A stretch of DNA of 64,000 nt from Pseudomonadota bacterium. GTDB taxonomy: Bacteria; Pseudomonadota; Alphaproteobacteria; UBA1280; JAAZVW01. Shown here piece after piece: positions 9,381 through 19,383 of the stretch. The position numbers and the translations under genes are program-made. The stretch lies in the NCBI GenBank assembly GCA_018623135.1, contig JAAZVW010000001.1, positions 23,024-87,023 on the forward strand, in the 5' to 3' direction. The notes beneath the pieces are model-generated. The model saw only the letters and a program-made list of their open reading frames with translations. It searched no databases and was not told where the DNA came from. Position 1 is the first letter of the stretch. Each line of letters opens with the position of its first letter.

Positions 9381-10181
9381 ATGAATATTAATTTTATGAA
9401 AAAGATGTGTTTTTGTTTTGTTTCAATGGGTTGTGCTGTTGTTGCAAGTGCCGAATCTGTGGTGGAAAAAACATCTTGGCAGCTTAAAGGGGTTTGGGCG
9501 CAAAAAGAGCTAGATATTAAAATACATCAAAAAGATGAGTGGCTTATACTGGATAACTTTTTGCCAGAGATGAATGTTTTATATTCTGCTCAAAAAGAGG
9601 TGTTTTACATTGATGCGACTTGGCAAGAGCAGGGGGTGTTTAGGATTTCTGTCATTAATGATTTGCCTAAATTTCAGATGGGGCGTTTTAAGGCTGTTTC
9701 TGATAAAAATAAAGATAAAATAAGGTATTCTCACTTTGTAAATCGTAAAAACTGTGGCTTATTGGAGACGAGGGCGCCTAAAAAGAATGAAGAAGTTTTG
9801 TTGGGCTTAAGGCAGGTAAACCAAATTTTATTCTTAAGAGAGTTTTTGACAAAACCTATTGAGGGACCACTTGGTGATTGTAGTTTGTTTGAGGTGAAAG
9901 AAGTTGTTTCTGAACTTGTAGGAGAGCCTATGTCATACTATTCAGGCAAGAACCAATATAATTTTTCTAAAACCTATAAGGGTGATTTGTATGATGAATT
10001 TGAGGTAAATATGATACAGGGGGATAAGTCTCTTTCTGCTAAGGATTTAGAGGTTATTAGGCTTTATTACCAATCTGATAAGATTAAAAAGTTTTTTAAA
10101 CAAGAGGTTGTTCAGCAATTAACAGAGCAGGAAAAGTCTAGGTCTTTAAAGGTGTTACAGGCCATTGAACAAGAAGAATAA
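9381..10181 (+). CDS. hypothetical secreted protein (signal peptide)
   Basis: RBS aaggtgg lies 4 nt upstream of the ATG. The N-terminus is hydrophobic (MKKMCFCFVSMGCAVVASA) and ends in an AxA site. No recognisable domain. Confidence 0.4.
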   Translation: MNINFMKKMCFCFVSMGCAVVASAESVVEKTSWQLKGVWAQKELDIKIHQKDEWLILDNFLPEMNVLYSAQKEVFYIDATWQEQGVFRISVINDLPKFQMGRFKAVSDKNKDKIRYSHFVNRKNCGLLETRAPKKNEEVLLGLRQVNQILFLREFLTKPIEGPLGDCSLFEVKEVVSELVGEPMSYYSGKNQYNFSKTYKGDLYDEFEVNMIQGDKSLSAKDLEVIRLYYQSDKIKKFFKQEVVQQLTEQEKSRSLKVLQAIEQEE

Positions 10182-10352
10182 TTTAAGAAAAACTCTGGAA
10201 ATATAATCTGTTTTAAAGAGGTTATATATAAAGAGGTGGCGGTGCTAAGTATAGATATTACTGTTTTCTTATAAGCTTAGCCATGTTAAACAAATAGCTA
10301 AGCATAAATAAAGATCAAATATAAAAAACTGGTGAATAGGTTACTATTACTT

Positions 10353-10378
10353 TTGACCTAATAAGTTGGTGCTATAAT
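10353..10378 (+). promoter_or_regulatory. candidate sigma70 promoter (TTGACC ... extended -10 TGcTATAAT) for the DUF4154-TBDR-MCP operon
   Basis: ttgacc at 10353-10358 and tgctataat at 10370-10378, about 110 nt upstream of the 10488 start. The 14 nt spacer is short. Confidence 0.3.
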
Positions 10379-10487
10379 AGTGAATATGTTAATCTTTATA
10401 TTGTTAACTAACTAGAATAATAGTCAGCACTAGTAAGATATGTGCTAAACAATAATAATAAGTGAAAATAATGTAAGGGAAAAAATA

Positions 10488-11021
10488 ATGAAGAAAACCC
10501 TTTTATCTCTTTCTGCACTTGCTCTTTGCGCTATGTCATTGGATGCCAATGCGGCGACAGAAGCTAAAGAAATGCAGGTTGTTGGGAAAGTTGCAGGTTT
10601 TGCAAATTCTATTGATAAATCTAAACCCGTTCAATTAGGTGTTGTTTTTGATGGCGCGAATGCTACGTCTCAGGCTGATTTTGATGCTGTGAAAGGCATT
10701 ATTGGTGCTGGGCTAAAAACGGGTAAGGTCACAATTAATTTTGTACCAGTAGCTATTTCTGAGCTTGGCTCTAAAGTGACTTCTGTTGATATGCTTTTTG
10801 TAACAGAAGGTCTTTCTGGTAAAATGGCAGAAATTAATTCTGTCGCTAAAAATAATAAGAAATTAACAGTTTCTACAGATATGTCTTGTGTTGAAACTGG
10901 TAACTGCCTTGTAGGTGTAGATGTAAGTTCTGGTGTTAAAGTATTTTTAAACCGTGCTTCAGTTGACGCAATAGGTATTGAATTTGATGCCGCATTTAAA
11001 TTCATGGTTAAAGAAATCTAG
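10488..11021 (+). CDS. periplasmic protein, possibly YfiR/DUF4154-like
   Basis: Signal peptide MKKTLLSLSALALCAMSLDANA. It is about 177 aa and is translationally coupled (20 nt gap) to a TonB-dependent receptor. The YfiR/DUF4154 family assignment is tentative. Confidence 0.35.
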   Translation: MKKTLLSLSALALCAMSLDANAATEAKEMQVVGKVAGFANSIDKSKPVQLGVVFDGANATSQADFDAVKGIIGAGLKTGKVTINFVPVAISELGSKVTSVDMLFVTEGLSGKMAEINSVAKNNKKLTVSTDMSCVETGNCLVGVDVSSGVKVFLNRASVDAIGIEFDAAFKFMVKEI

Positions 11022-11041
11022 ATTTTAGGAGATACATTAAA

Positions 11042-13102
11042 ATGGATATGAAAAAGTTATTTGCAGGTTCAATGCTTGTGGCAGCTTCTACAGCGCAGGC
11101 CTCAGTTGTTGATTACTCTTCTTTGCAAGACTTATTTGGTGAGCCAGTAACGCTTTCTGCAACTGGTAAGCCGCAACGTGCATCTGATGCTCCAGCTTCT
11201 ATGGAAATTATTGATGCTGAAACAATTCGTCGTTCTGGCGCTCAGAATATTACAGACGTACTTCGTCGTGCGACTTCTGTATCTGTTCGCTCTGGTTTTA
11301 AAGGTAATGCGGATGTTTCTATTCGTGGTATGAACCAAGCTTACTCAAACCGCCTTCTTGTATTGATTAATGGTCGTCAAATGTACCAAGATCATTACGG
11401 TGTGACATTCTGGGATATGCTACCTGTTCAGCTATCTGAAATTCAGCAAATTGAAATCGTGCGTGGCCCGAATACAGCGCTATTTGGTTTTAATGCTGCT
11501 TCTGGTGTAATTAACATTGTGACATACTCACCGCTTCTTAAAGATGTGGATGAGGTAACAGCACGTATTGGTACGCAAAATTATACAGAAACAAATGCTG
11601 TTTTAACGCATAAGATTTCTGATAATTCTGCTGTGCGTATTTCTGCAGGTATGAAAGATGGTGATGATTACAGCCGTGATACAATGCAGACACCAATTAG
11701 CGAAACAAATGCAATTAGTGGCCAAGTTGTGAATGTTGATTTTCAATCTACGCTGAAAAATGGTGGTGTTGTAAGTACAGAATTGAACCATGGTTACTCT
11801 CGTGGTGATCTTTATGCTCCTCCTGGTGCGGGTCGTTCTGCGCGTCATACTACATCTATTAAGGGTGAATATTCTAAAGATACAGACTTTGGTTTGGTGT
11901 CTCTTTCAGCTTACTACAACTCATTTAATGAAGATTTAGATTTAGGTAGTTTAGGTTCACCACTAGGTGTTTTTGAAATCGATAATGACCTTTATGTTGT
12001 AAAAGGTGAGTTGCTTAAAAAATTAAATGCAGACCATACACTTCGTGTAGCTGCTGAATACCGTCGTAATAATATTAACTCTAACTTAACAGATGAAGAT
12101 GAGTTAGATAACCTTTACTATGATGTGTACTCTGTTTCTACAATGTGGGACTGGCAAGTTAACTCGAAGCTTTCTTGGACAAACTCATTGCGTTTTGATC
12201 ATCTAAAACTAGGTCGTGATGATGAGATTGACCCGAATATTACAGCTTCACCTATTGGTGGCCTTGTAGGTCTTTCTAGTAAAGAATCTTACAGCCGTCG
12301 TATTGATGAAGTAAGCTTTAACACAGGTCTTCTTTATAAACACACAGATAAAGATACATTCCGTGCCTCTATCGCACGTGGTTTGCGTGTGCCTGCATTG
12401 CTTCAGTTAGGTAATACGTCGTTACGTCCTGATAATATTGCATTGTTAACAAGCCCACAAACAGAGCTTGAAGTGAATATGACTTATGAAGTTGGTTATA
12501 CACGTAAGTTGCCTGAACTGAATGGTGAAATTGGTGCTAATATTTTCCACCAACGTATTTCTGATGTGATTGGTATAGGTGTAATTCCTGCAAGCCCAAC
12601 AACAGATATTGGTGGTACGCAGTACACAGTTATTTCTGAGTTTAACTTAGGTGATACTGAGAGTGTTGGTGTTGAATTATTTATGAATGCTAATCCGACT
12701 GAAAACCTAGAATATGGCTTCAACTATACTTATAATATATTTGAAGATGAAAGTGATTCAAGAACAGCTGCAATTCAGCCATTGACGACATCAACAAGCC
12801 AGAATAAACATCAGGCTACTGTTTGGAGCCGTTACACAATGGGTAAATGGGAGCTAGATGGTGCGCTTCATTACGTATCTAAAGCTTTATACCCTGGTAG
12901 CGTTCTACCAGATGAGCAAGTTGATGATTACTTTGTACTTAACACTCGTGTAGGTTATAACCTAACAGATGCAACATCTATCGCATTAGATGGTGTAAAC
13001 TTGTTAGAAGAGCATAACGAGTGGGGTCAATCAGCGTTACTTGGTAATGGTGCCAACGAGCTGGGTCGATCTGTATTCTTAACTATTAACCATAAGTTTT
13101 AA
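11042..13102 (+). CDS. TonB-dependent outer-membrane receptor
   Basis: Signal peptide is present. Plug-domain motifs are DVLRRATSVSVRSGFKGNADVSIRGMN and IEIVRGPNTALFGFNAASGVINIVTY. The protein ends in a terminal Phe and is 686 aa. Confidence 0.85.
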   Translation: MDMKKLFAGSMLVAASTAQASVVDYSSLQDLFGEPVTLSATGKPQRASDAPASMEIIDAETIRRSGAQNITDVLRRATSVSVRSGFKGNADVSIRGMNQAYSNRLLVLINGRQMYQDHYGVTFWDMLPVQLSEIQQIEIVRGPNTALFGFNAASGVINIVTYSPLLKDVDEVTARIGTQNYTETNAVLTHKISDNSAVRISAGMKDGDDYSRDTMQTPISETNAISGQVVNVDFQSTLKNGGVVSTELNHGYSRGDLYAPPGAGRSARHTTSIKGEYSKDTDFGLVSLSAYYNSFNEDLDLGSLGSPLGVFEIDNDLYVVKGELLKKLNADHTLRVAAEYRRNNINSNLTDEDELDNLYYDVYSVSTMWDWQVNSKLSWTNSLRFDHLKLGRDDEIDPNITASPIGGLVGLSSKESYSRRIDEVSFNTGLLYKHTDKDTFRASIARGLRVPALLQLGNTSLRPDNIALLTSPQTELEVNMTYEVGYTRKLPELNGEIGANIFHQRISDVIGIGVIPASPTTDIGGTQYTVISEFNLGDTESVGVELFMNANPTENLEYGFNYTYNIFEDESDSRTAAIQPLTTSTSQNKHQATVWSRYTMGKWELDGALHYVSKALYPGSVLPDEQVDDYFVLNTRVGYNLTDATSIALDGVNLLEEHNEWGQSALLGNGANELGRSVFLTINHKF

Positions 13103-13137
13103 TAGTTAAATAATAAGACTAATAAAGGAGATTATAG

Positions 13138-15012
13138 ATGGGCGCACGTGGTATTCTTATTGCCTTAGTTGTTTTCATGACTACGCTAGTTTTTGTATTC
13201 GCTACGCAAGTAATTAACAATATTACACTTGAGCGTAGCTATGCAGAAGCATTTACAGAATCTAACAAATATGTGGATGAGCTAGCGTTAGATAGCTTTG
13301 GTTTTACAGTAGAACGTACATTAGGTGTTACGCTTATTGCATCTAGTGATAAACCAGAGGCTCTTGTAAAACGATTTAAGGCTAAATCGCAAGAAAATGA
13401 TACTCGTCTAGTTAAGCGCCTATCTGATCTTCGTTCTTTTGGTGAAGCAAACGATAGCTTGTCTTATTCTGAAAACTTAAAAGATCTTGAAAAATCTATT
13501 ATGGCTCTTCAGGAACTTCGTAAAGGGGTTCTTGAAGGTTCATTAAGTTCTCAAAAATGGATGGAAGGCATTAATGCTGTTATTACATCTATTGGTCTTA
13601 TGACTCAGAGTGTTTTTGTGCCGCAAAATGGTGTGCAAGATGCGATGTTCCAAAACTTGGTACTTAAGAATTTTGCAAACAAAACTGTTGAGTATATGAC
13701 ACTTGAACAAGCTTATCTTGGTGAAATTATTGCTGAGAATAAAGAAGAAATGACAGATGATGAGAAAAACAAACTTGTTGTTGTGCGCGGTTTAGCTGAT
13801 AACGCACTACAAAATGTTAAGTTTTTTGCTCGTCAATATTCGAAAGATGATGAGATTAAAAAGGCGTTATCTTCTTTAAATGAGCAGTTAGGTACTTTAG
13901 AAGAGTTGCGTCGTAGTATTTATGCGGCTGCGAGCTTTGGTCTAGGGTTTCCTATGTCTGCGACAGAATGGTTGGAAAAATCTGATCCTATTATGATGTC
14001 TCTTGTTGAATTGGAGCACAAATTAAGTGCACCAACAAAAAACAAACTTAATGATTTAAATGCTGAACTTGGTGCACGCTATACAACAATATTAGTTGGT
14101 GGCGGTGTGCTAGTGCTATTACTTGCAGGTGTTTGGGTTGTACTTAATGTGAAGATTTTACGCCCATTAAGTAAACAAAAAGAAGTAACAACAACATTTG
14201 AACGTGATATTAGTGAGCGTGTGACAATGTTGCGTAACTTTGCTGACCAAATGACAAATGCGGCCAATTCTGTATCACATTCTAATTCAGATGTAACAGG
14301 TCGTGCATCTGATATGCAGGGCGCTGTAGCAGGTTCGGAAGAAAACGTACAAGCTGTGGTAACTGCGATTGAGGAAATGCTTTCTTCAATTCAGGAAATT
14401 ACCTCTCGTTTAGCTGAAGTGGCTGATATGACATCTAACGCTGCGCGAGAAACACAGCAAACAACTGTTATTATGAATGAACTTGGTGATGCATCTAACC
14501 GTATTGGTGAAGTAACTAAGATTATTAATGATATTGCAGACCAAACAAACTTGCTTGCACTTAACGCATCTATTGAGGCGGCGCGTGCTGGTGATGCTGG
14601 TCGTGGTTTTGCCGTGGTTGCCGAAGAAGTGCGTAAGCTTGCAGAAGCGACAGCACAGGCAACAACTGAAATCCGTACAACAGTTGATAATATTCAGACG
14701 GGTTCATCGGGTGCGATTCATGCGATTCATAGTATTTCTGATACGATTGTTAAAATTAATGACATTGCGCAAGCGGTGGAAACTTCTATGCAACAACAAA
14801 ATATTGCAACGGAAGAAATTTCTGCCAACGCTGCTGGTGCTGGTGAAAGTACCAATGTTGTTGGTAATAACATTGCATCGGTTATGGAAGCGCTTACAAA
14901 TTCGAGTGAATCTATTAACATGATGAACACAGCAGTTGATGAAGTGAAAGAACAAGTTGATAGCCTAGATAAAACGGCACAAAATGTTTTGACACAAATG
15001 AAGAAACTGTAG
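13138..15012 (+). CDS. methyl-accepting chemotaxis protein with a roughly 290 aa periplasmic helical sensor
   Basis: Two TM segments are present. The signalling domain is [44 protein letters not shown] aaggag precedes the start. Confidence 0.9.
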   Translation: MGARGILIALVVFMTTLVFVFATQVINNITLERSYAEAFTESNKYVDELALDSFGFTVERTLGVTLIASSDKPEALVKRFKAKSQENDTRLVKRLSDLRSFGEANDSLSYSENLKDLEKSIMALQELRKGVLEGSLSSQKWMEGINAVITSIGLMTQSVFVPQNGVQDAMFQNLVLKNFANKTVEYMTLEQAYLGEIIAENKEEMTDDEKNKLVVVRGLADNALQNVKFFARQYSKDDEIKKALSSLNEQLGTLEELRRSIYAAASFGLGFPMSATEWLEKSDPIMMSLVELEHKLSAPTKNKLNDLNAELGARYTTILVGGGVLVLLLAGVWVVLNVKILRPLSKQKEVTTTFERDISERVTMLRNFADQMTNAANSVSHSNSDVTGRASDMQGAVAGSEENVQAVVTAIEEMLSSIQEITSRLAEVADMTSNAARETQQTTVIMNELGDASNRIGEVTKIINDIADQTNLLALNASIEAARAGDAGRGFAVVAEEVRKLAEATAQATTEIRTTVDNIQTGSSGAIHAIHSISDTIVKINDIAQAVETSMQQQNIATEEISANAAGAGESTNVVGNNIASVMEALTNSSESINMMNTAVDEVKEQVDSLDKTAQNVLTQMKKL

Positions 15013-15026
15013 TTTTTATTCGTCAT

Positions 15027-15057
15027 AAAATAGGGGTGCTTGCGCCCCTATTTTTGT
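15027..15057 (+). terminator. rho-independent terminator after the MCP
   Basis: Hairpin aaaataggggtgcttgcgcccctattttt. Confidence 0.6.
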
Positions 15058-15079
15058 GGCATAACCTAGGAGTAAAACA

Positions 15080-15604
15080 ATGTTTGGAAAATTATTAAGC
15101 TACAAAGGCATAATACCAACAATAGAAAAGGATGTTTTTATTGCTGAAGGTGCTGTTGTGATAGGAGATACGCACATAGGTGAAAAAACGAGTATTTGGT
15201 TTAATGTAACGGTGCGCGGTGATGTTAATAAAATTCGTATTGGTAAAGAGACGAATATTCAGGACAATGCCATGTGCCATGTAACCCGTAAAACAGGGCC
15301 TTTAACTATTGGTGATAGGGTAACGATTGGTCATAGTGCTGTTTTACATGCTTGTACTGTTGAAGATGAATGTTTAATTGGTATGGGTGCTGTGCTTTTA
15401 GATAAAGTTGTTGTTGAAAAAGGTTCTATGGTGGCAGCAGGTTCGGTGGTGCCGCCTGGCAAGGTTGTGAAGTCGGGTACATTATGGGTAGGCAACCCAG
15501 CTAAATACGCACGGGAGCTCACGGAGGATGAAAAAGCATTTTTAGCGGTATCGGCACAAAATTATGTGGAGCTTTCTAAGGACTATATGGAGTATACTAA
15601 GTGA
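15080..15604 (+). CDS. gamma-class carbonic anhydrase family / hexapeptide-repeat protein (YrdA/PaaY-like)
   Basis: Left-handed beta-helix hexapeptide repeats (IGDTHIGEKTSIWFNVTVRGDVNKIRIGKETNIQDN...). Confidence 0.8.
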   Translation: MFGKLLSYKGIIPTIEKDVFIAEGAVVIGDTHIGEKTSIWFNVTVRGDVNKIRIGKETNIQDNAMCHVTRKTGPLTIGDRVTIGHSAVLHACTVEDECLIGMGAVLLDKVVVEKGSMVAAGSVVPPGKVVKSGTLWVGNPAKYARELTEDEKAFLAVSAQNYVELSKDYMEYTK

Positions 15605-15668
15605 TTGAATTTTTCTTTTTGTATGCTAAAACTTTATTTAATCAAATAAATACCCTATTGGGGGATAT

Positions 15669-16037
15669 ATGACTTTTACACTTAAAGACCATGAGCGTTT
15701 TATTGAAAGAGAGGGGTTTGGCCCCTGTGTTAAACAAACAGTAACAGCAAGAATTGTTGCTACTACAGGTGAAGAGTTTGTTTCTACAAATTATTGTAAA
15801 AAACCTCAAACCCTGTGTCCTCGCCAAGATATGCCAACAGGACAGGGGTATGAAAAATGCAAAAATATATGTCATCAGGATGGGCATGCAGAAGAAAATG
15901 CTGTTGCCTTAGCAGGCGATAAAGCAAGGGGTTCTGTGTTGTATTTGACAGGTCACTATTATGCATGTGATAATTGCCAAAAAATTTGCAAAGGTGCTGG
16001 TGTTAAGGAAATTATTTTGTTAACACCAGAGGAATAA
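15669..16037 (+). CDS. CMP/dCMP deaminase zinc-binding family protein (small, dCMP-deaminase-like)
   Basis: HAEENAV (H-A-E zinc-binding motif), then 27 aa, then ACDNCQKIC (PCxxC-type motif). The protein is 122 aa. Confidence 0.5.
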   Translation: MTFTLKDHERFIEREGFGPCVKQTVTARIVATTGEEFVSTNYCKKPQTLCPRQDMPTGQGYEKCKNICHQDGHAEENAVALAGDKARGSVLYLTGHYYACDNCQKICKGAGVKEIILLTPEE

Positions 16038-16053
16038 CGAAATTATTTACTCA

Positions 16054-16084
16054 AAAAGGGCTCCATATGGAGCCCTTATTTTAT
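16054..16084. terminator. bidirectional intrinsic terminator between the deaminase-like gene and fba
   Basis: Palindrome aaaagggctccatatggagcccttatttt, flanked by A/T runs on both sides. Confidence 0.6.
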
Positions 16085-16102
16085 GTAGATGGCATATGAA
16101 TA

Positions 16103-17104
16103 TTATTTAATTTTATCGGCCATGCCACAAGCACCGAAAGCTTCGTAACGGGCAATACATTCTTTTTCCATAGCTTCGATAGCTGGTTTTAAATAGTGAC
16201 GTGGGTCAAAAGCGCCGGGTTGTTCTTGTAATGCTTTGCGTATGGCGCCTGTCATCGCCATGCGATTGTCGGTATCAATATTTACTTTGCGTACGCCAAG
16301 TTTAATACCTTTAACAATTTCTTCTAAAGGTACGCCAAATGTTTGTGGCATATTACCGCCATATTGGTTAATGATGTCCTGTAGTTCTTGCGGTACAGAT
16401 GAACTACCGTGCATAACTAAATGTGTGTTTGGAATAGCGGCGTGGATTTTGGCGAGTTGATCCATCGCTAGCACTTCGCCATCGGGCTTGCGTGTAAATT
16501 TATAAGCGCCGTGGCTGGTGCCGATAGCAACAGCAAGAGCATCTACGCCTGTGCGCAAAACAAAGTCTTTTGCTTGCTCAGGGTCTGTTAAAAGCATGTC
16601 TTTATCCAGTTTTCCTTCAAAGCCATGGCCATCTTCTTTATCACCTTCACCTGTTTCTAGGGAGCCTAGGCAACCTAGTTCACCTTCTACCGATACGCCT
16701 TTAGGATGTGCAAGATCTACAACTTTTTTAGTGATTTCAACGTTGTATTCGTAAGATGCTGGGGTTTTACCATCTTCTTCTAATGAACCATCCATCATGA
16801 CAGATGTAAAGTTGTTGGCAATGGCAGAGGCACAGGTTTCTAGTGAGTTACCATGGTCTTGATGCATAACAATAGGAATATGAGGGTAAGATTCTACCGC
16901 TGCTTGGATCATATGTTTTAAGAAAATATCACCAGCATAAGAGCGGGCACCACGGCTTGCTTGTAAAATAACAGGTGCGTTGCATTTTTCTGCCGCTTGC
17001 ATAATAGCACGTACTTGTTCTAGGTTATTTACGTTAAAAGCGGGTAGGCCGTAGCTGTGTTCTGCGGCATGATCTAAAAGTTTTCGTAATGAAATAAGAG
17101 CCAT
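16103..17104 (-). CDS. fba: fructose-bisphosphate aldolase, class II
   Basis: [40 protein letters not shown]... is the canonical class II FBA. The protein is 333 aa. Confidence 0.9.
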   Translation of the reverse strand: MALISLRKLLDHAAEHSYGLPAFNVNNLEQVRAIMQAAEKCNAPVILQASRGARSYAGDIFLKHMIQAAVESYPHIPIVMHQDHGNSLETCASAIANNFTSVMMDGSLEEDGKTPASYEYNVEITKKVVDLAHPKGVSVEGELGCLGSLETGEGDKEDGHGFEGKLDKDMLLTDPEQAKDFVLRTGVDALAVAIGTSHGAYKFTRKPDGEVLAMDQLAKIHAAIPNTHLVMHGSSSVPQELQDIINQYGGNMPQTFGVPLEEIVKGIKLGVRKVNIDTDNRMAMTGAIRKALQEQPGAFDPRHYLKPAIEAMEKECIARYEAFGACGMADKIK

Positions 17105-17134
17105 GGTGTTACCTTTTATATTTTAAAAATTTAC

Positions 17135-18316
17135 TTATTGTTTAAGGGCTTCGACAGCAGCTAAAGGCGTGCCTTCTAGAAGTTTAAGCATAGCGCCACC
17201 ACCTGTTGAAACAAAATCTATACCTTTGGTAATGTGCGCGGCTTTTAGGGCTGCAAGAGTATCGCCACCGCCGACTGTTGAGTAGGCATTTACGCCTGCA
17301 ATAGCACGGGCAACAGCTTCTGTACCTTTACAGAAAATAGGTGTTGCTCCGACAGGGCCATTCCATAATATACCGCCAGATTCTTTACAGTGAGCAAGCC
17401 ATGCTGCTTGTGTCTTAGTCCCGATATCAACAGCCACCATAACAGGTGGGATGTCTGTTTTTGTAGAGACGTCTCTGGTTGCTACACCTGGTTTAATTTC
17501 GATTGCGACGCTTAAATCGTCCGGAAGTACAAGCTTTGTTTTTTTCTCGTAAGCGAGGTCTATAAGTTCTTGAGCAAGTGGTACTTCGCTTGGCTCGTAC
17601 ATGGATTTACCTACTTTAGTACCCTGTGCAACAAAAAATGTATTGGCCATAGCGCCACCAATAAGCACACGGTCTACCATTGGAATAAGGCGGGCAAGTA
17701 GTTTTGCTTTTGTTGCCACTTTTGCACCGCCAATGATAAGGGTAATTGGCTTTTTAGCTTTTTTTAAGAAACCCATAAGGTTTGTGAGCTCTTTTTCCAT
17801 AAGTAAGCCAACAGCGGCGTTAGTGTTCATAAATTTGACAATGCCTTCTGTTGAGGCGTGAGCACGGTGCGCTGTTGCAAAGGCATCGTTAATAAAAATA
17901 TCGATACCGAAGGCAAGTTTTTCTGCAAATGTGGCGTCATTCTTTTCTTCTTCGGGGTGAAAACGTGTGTTTTCGAGCAGAAGAATTTGCCCTGCAGTGA
18001 GCTCTGCGATAGCGTGGGTGCGTTCCTCGCCAATGCAATCTTTCGCAAAGGCGACTTTTTGATGTAGTAAAGCTGCAAAATGATGTGCCACAACTTCTAG
18101 GCTTAAGTCTTTCACATATTCGCCATTAGGGCTTCCAAGGTGAGACATAAGCACAATTTTTGCGCCTTTGGCTGATAAGAAGCGAATGGTATCTATATGG
18201 CAACGAAGTCTTGTATCATCGGCGACTTTACCATCTTTAAGTGGGACGTTAAAATCGACACGAACGAGAACGACTTTATCTTTATAATCATCAAATGAAC
18301 GTAGTGTTTTGATCAT
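17135..18316 (-). CDS. pgk: phosphoglycerate kinase
   Basis: VVLVRVDFNVPLKDGKVADDTRL... matches the PGK N-domain. The protein is 393 aa. Confidence 0.9.
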   Translation of the reverse strand: MIKTLRSFDDYKDKVVLVRVDFNVPLKDGKVADDTRLRCHIDTIRFLSAKGAKIVLMSHLGSPNGEYVKDLSLEVVAHHFAALLHQKVAFAKDCIGEERTHAIAELTAGQILLLENTRFHPEEEKNDATFAEKLAFGIDIFINDAFATAHRAHASTEGIVKFMNTNAAVGLLMEKELTNLMGFLKKAKKPITLIIGGAKVATKAKLLARLIPMVDRVLIGGAMANTFFVAQGTKVGKSMYEPSEVPLAQELIDLAYEKKTKLVLPDDLSVAIEIKPGVATRDVSTKTDIPPVMVAVDIGTKTQAAWLAHCKESGGILWNGPVGATPIFCKGTEAVARAIAGVNAYSTVGGGDTLAALKAAHITKGIDFVSTGGGAMLKLLEGTPLAAVEALKQ

Positions 18317-18355
18317 TTATTTTAGCCTTAGTTAAGTTATATCTGTTGTTGTGGT

Positions 18356-19366
18356 TTAAAGTTTTGCCAAATAGGCGGCTGTATCGAGCATGCGGTTAGA
18401 AAAACCCCATTCGTTATCGTACCAAGATAGAATTTTAACCAGCTTACCATCTGTTGAAACACGTGTTTGTGTGACATCAAATACAGAAGATGCAGGGTTA
18501 TGGTTAAAGTCGCAAGAAACAAGGGGGCGTTCGTTAATATCGAGTACGCCTTTAAAGGCATCTGTATCTGCGGCTTTACGGATAAGTTCATTTACTTGCT
18601 CTACCGTTGTAACCGTTTGAGAAACAAAGCTTAAATCTACCACAGAAACATTAATAGTTGGCACGCGCATAGAAAAACCATCTAGCTTGCCATTGAGTTC
18701 TGGTAGCACAAGACCAACGGCTTTTGCTGCGCCTGTTGTTGATGGAATCATTGACTGGGCTGCGGCACGGGCACGTCGTACATCTTTGTGCGCGACATCT
18801 AGTAATGATTGGTCGTTTGTGTAAGCGTGAATGGTTGTCATAAGACCTGATTCTATACCTAATGCCTCATGCAGGACTTTAGCAACTGGTGCAAGGCAGT
18901 TTGTTGTACAAGACGCATTAGAAATGATTGTATCTTCTGCGGTTAAATCGGTGTGATTTACGCCGTACACAACGGTATTATCCACATCTTCACCTGGTGC
19001 AGAAATAATAACTTTTTTGGCACCGGCTGTAAGGTGTTTACCTGCTGTTTCTTTGGAACGGAACAGACCTGTGCATTCCATAACAATATCAATACCAAGT
19101 TCTTGCCATGGTAAATCTTCTGGATTACGTTCTGAAAAAACAGAAATTTCGCTGTTGTTGACAATCATTTTATCGTCTTTAAAGCCGATATCTGCATTAA
19201 ATTTGCCATGAGTGGTATCAAATTCTAGTAGGTGTGCATTTGTTTCCATTGGAGCGAGGTCGTTAATGGCTACAATTTCGATATCTGTACGTTTAGATTC
19301 ATGCAATGCGCGTAATACGTTGCGTCCGATACGGCCAAAACCGTTAATAGCTACTTTAATTGTCAT
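18356..19366 (-). CDS. gap: glyceraldehyde-3-phosphate dehydrogenase
   Basis: [20 protein letters not shown], the catalytic SCTTNCLAP and 336 aa size. Confidence 0.9.
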   Translation of the reverse strand: MTIKVAINGFGRIGRNVLRALHESKRTDIEIVAINDLAPMETNAHLLEFDTTHGKFNADIGFKDDKMIVNNSEISVFSERNPEDLPWQELGIDIVMECTGLFRSKETAGKHLTAGAKKVIISAPGEDVDNTVVYGVNHTDLTAEDTIISNASCTTNCLAPVAKVLHEALGIESGLMTTIHAYTNDQSLLDVAHKDVRRARAAAQSMIPSTTGAAKAVGLVLPELNGKLDGFSMRVPTINVSVVDLSFVSQTVTTVEQVNELIRKAADTDAFKGVLDINERPLVSCDFNHNPASSVFDVTQTRVSTDGKLVKILSWYDNEWGFSNRMLDTAAYLAKL

Positions 19367-19383
19367 GGTTTTGTTCCCTTTAT

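Noticed and set aside
10400-10487. Possible Fur box (aataatagtcagcac) upstream of the TBDR operon
   Set aside because: Only a weak partial match to the GATAATGATAATCATTATC consensus. It cannot be distinguished from background AT-rich sequence.
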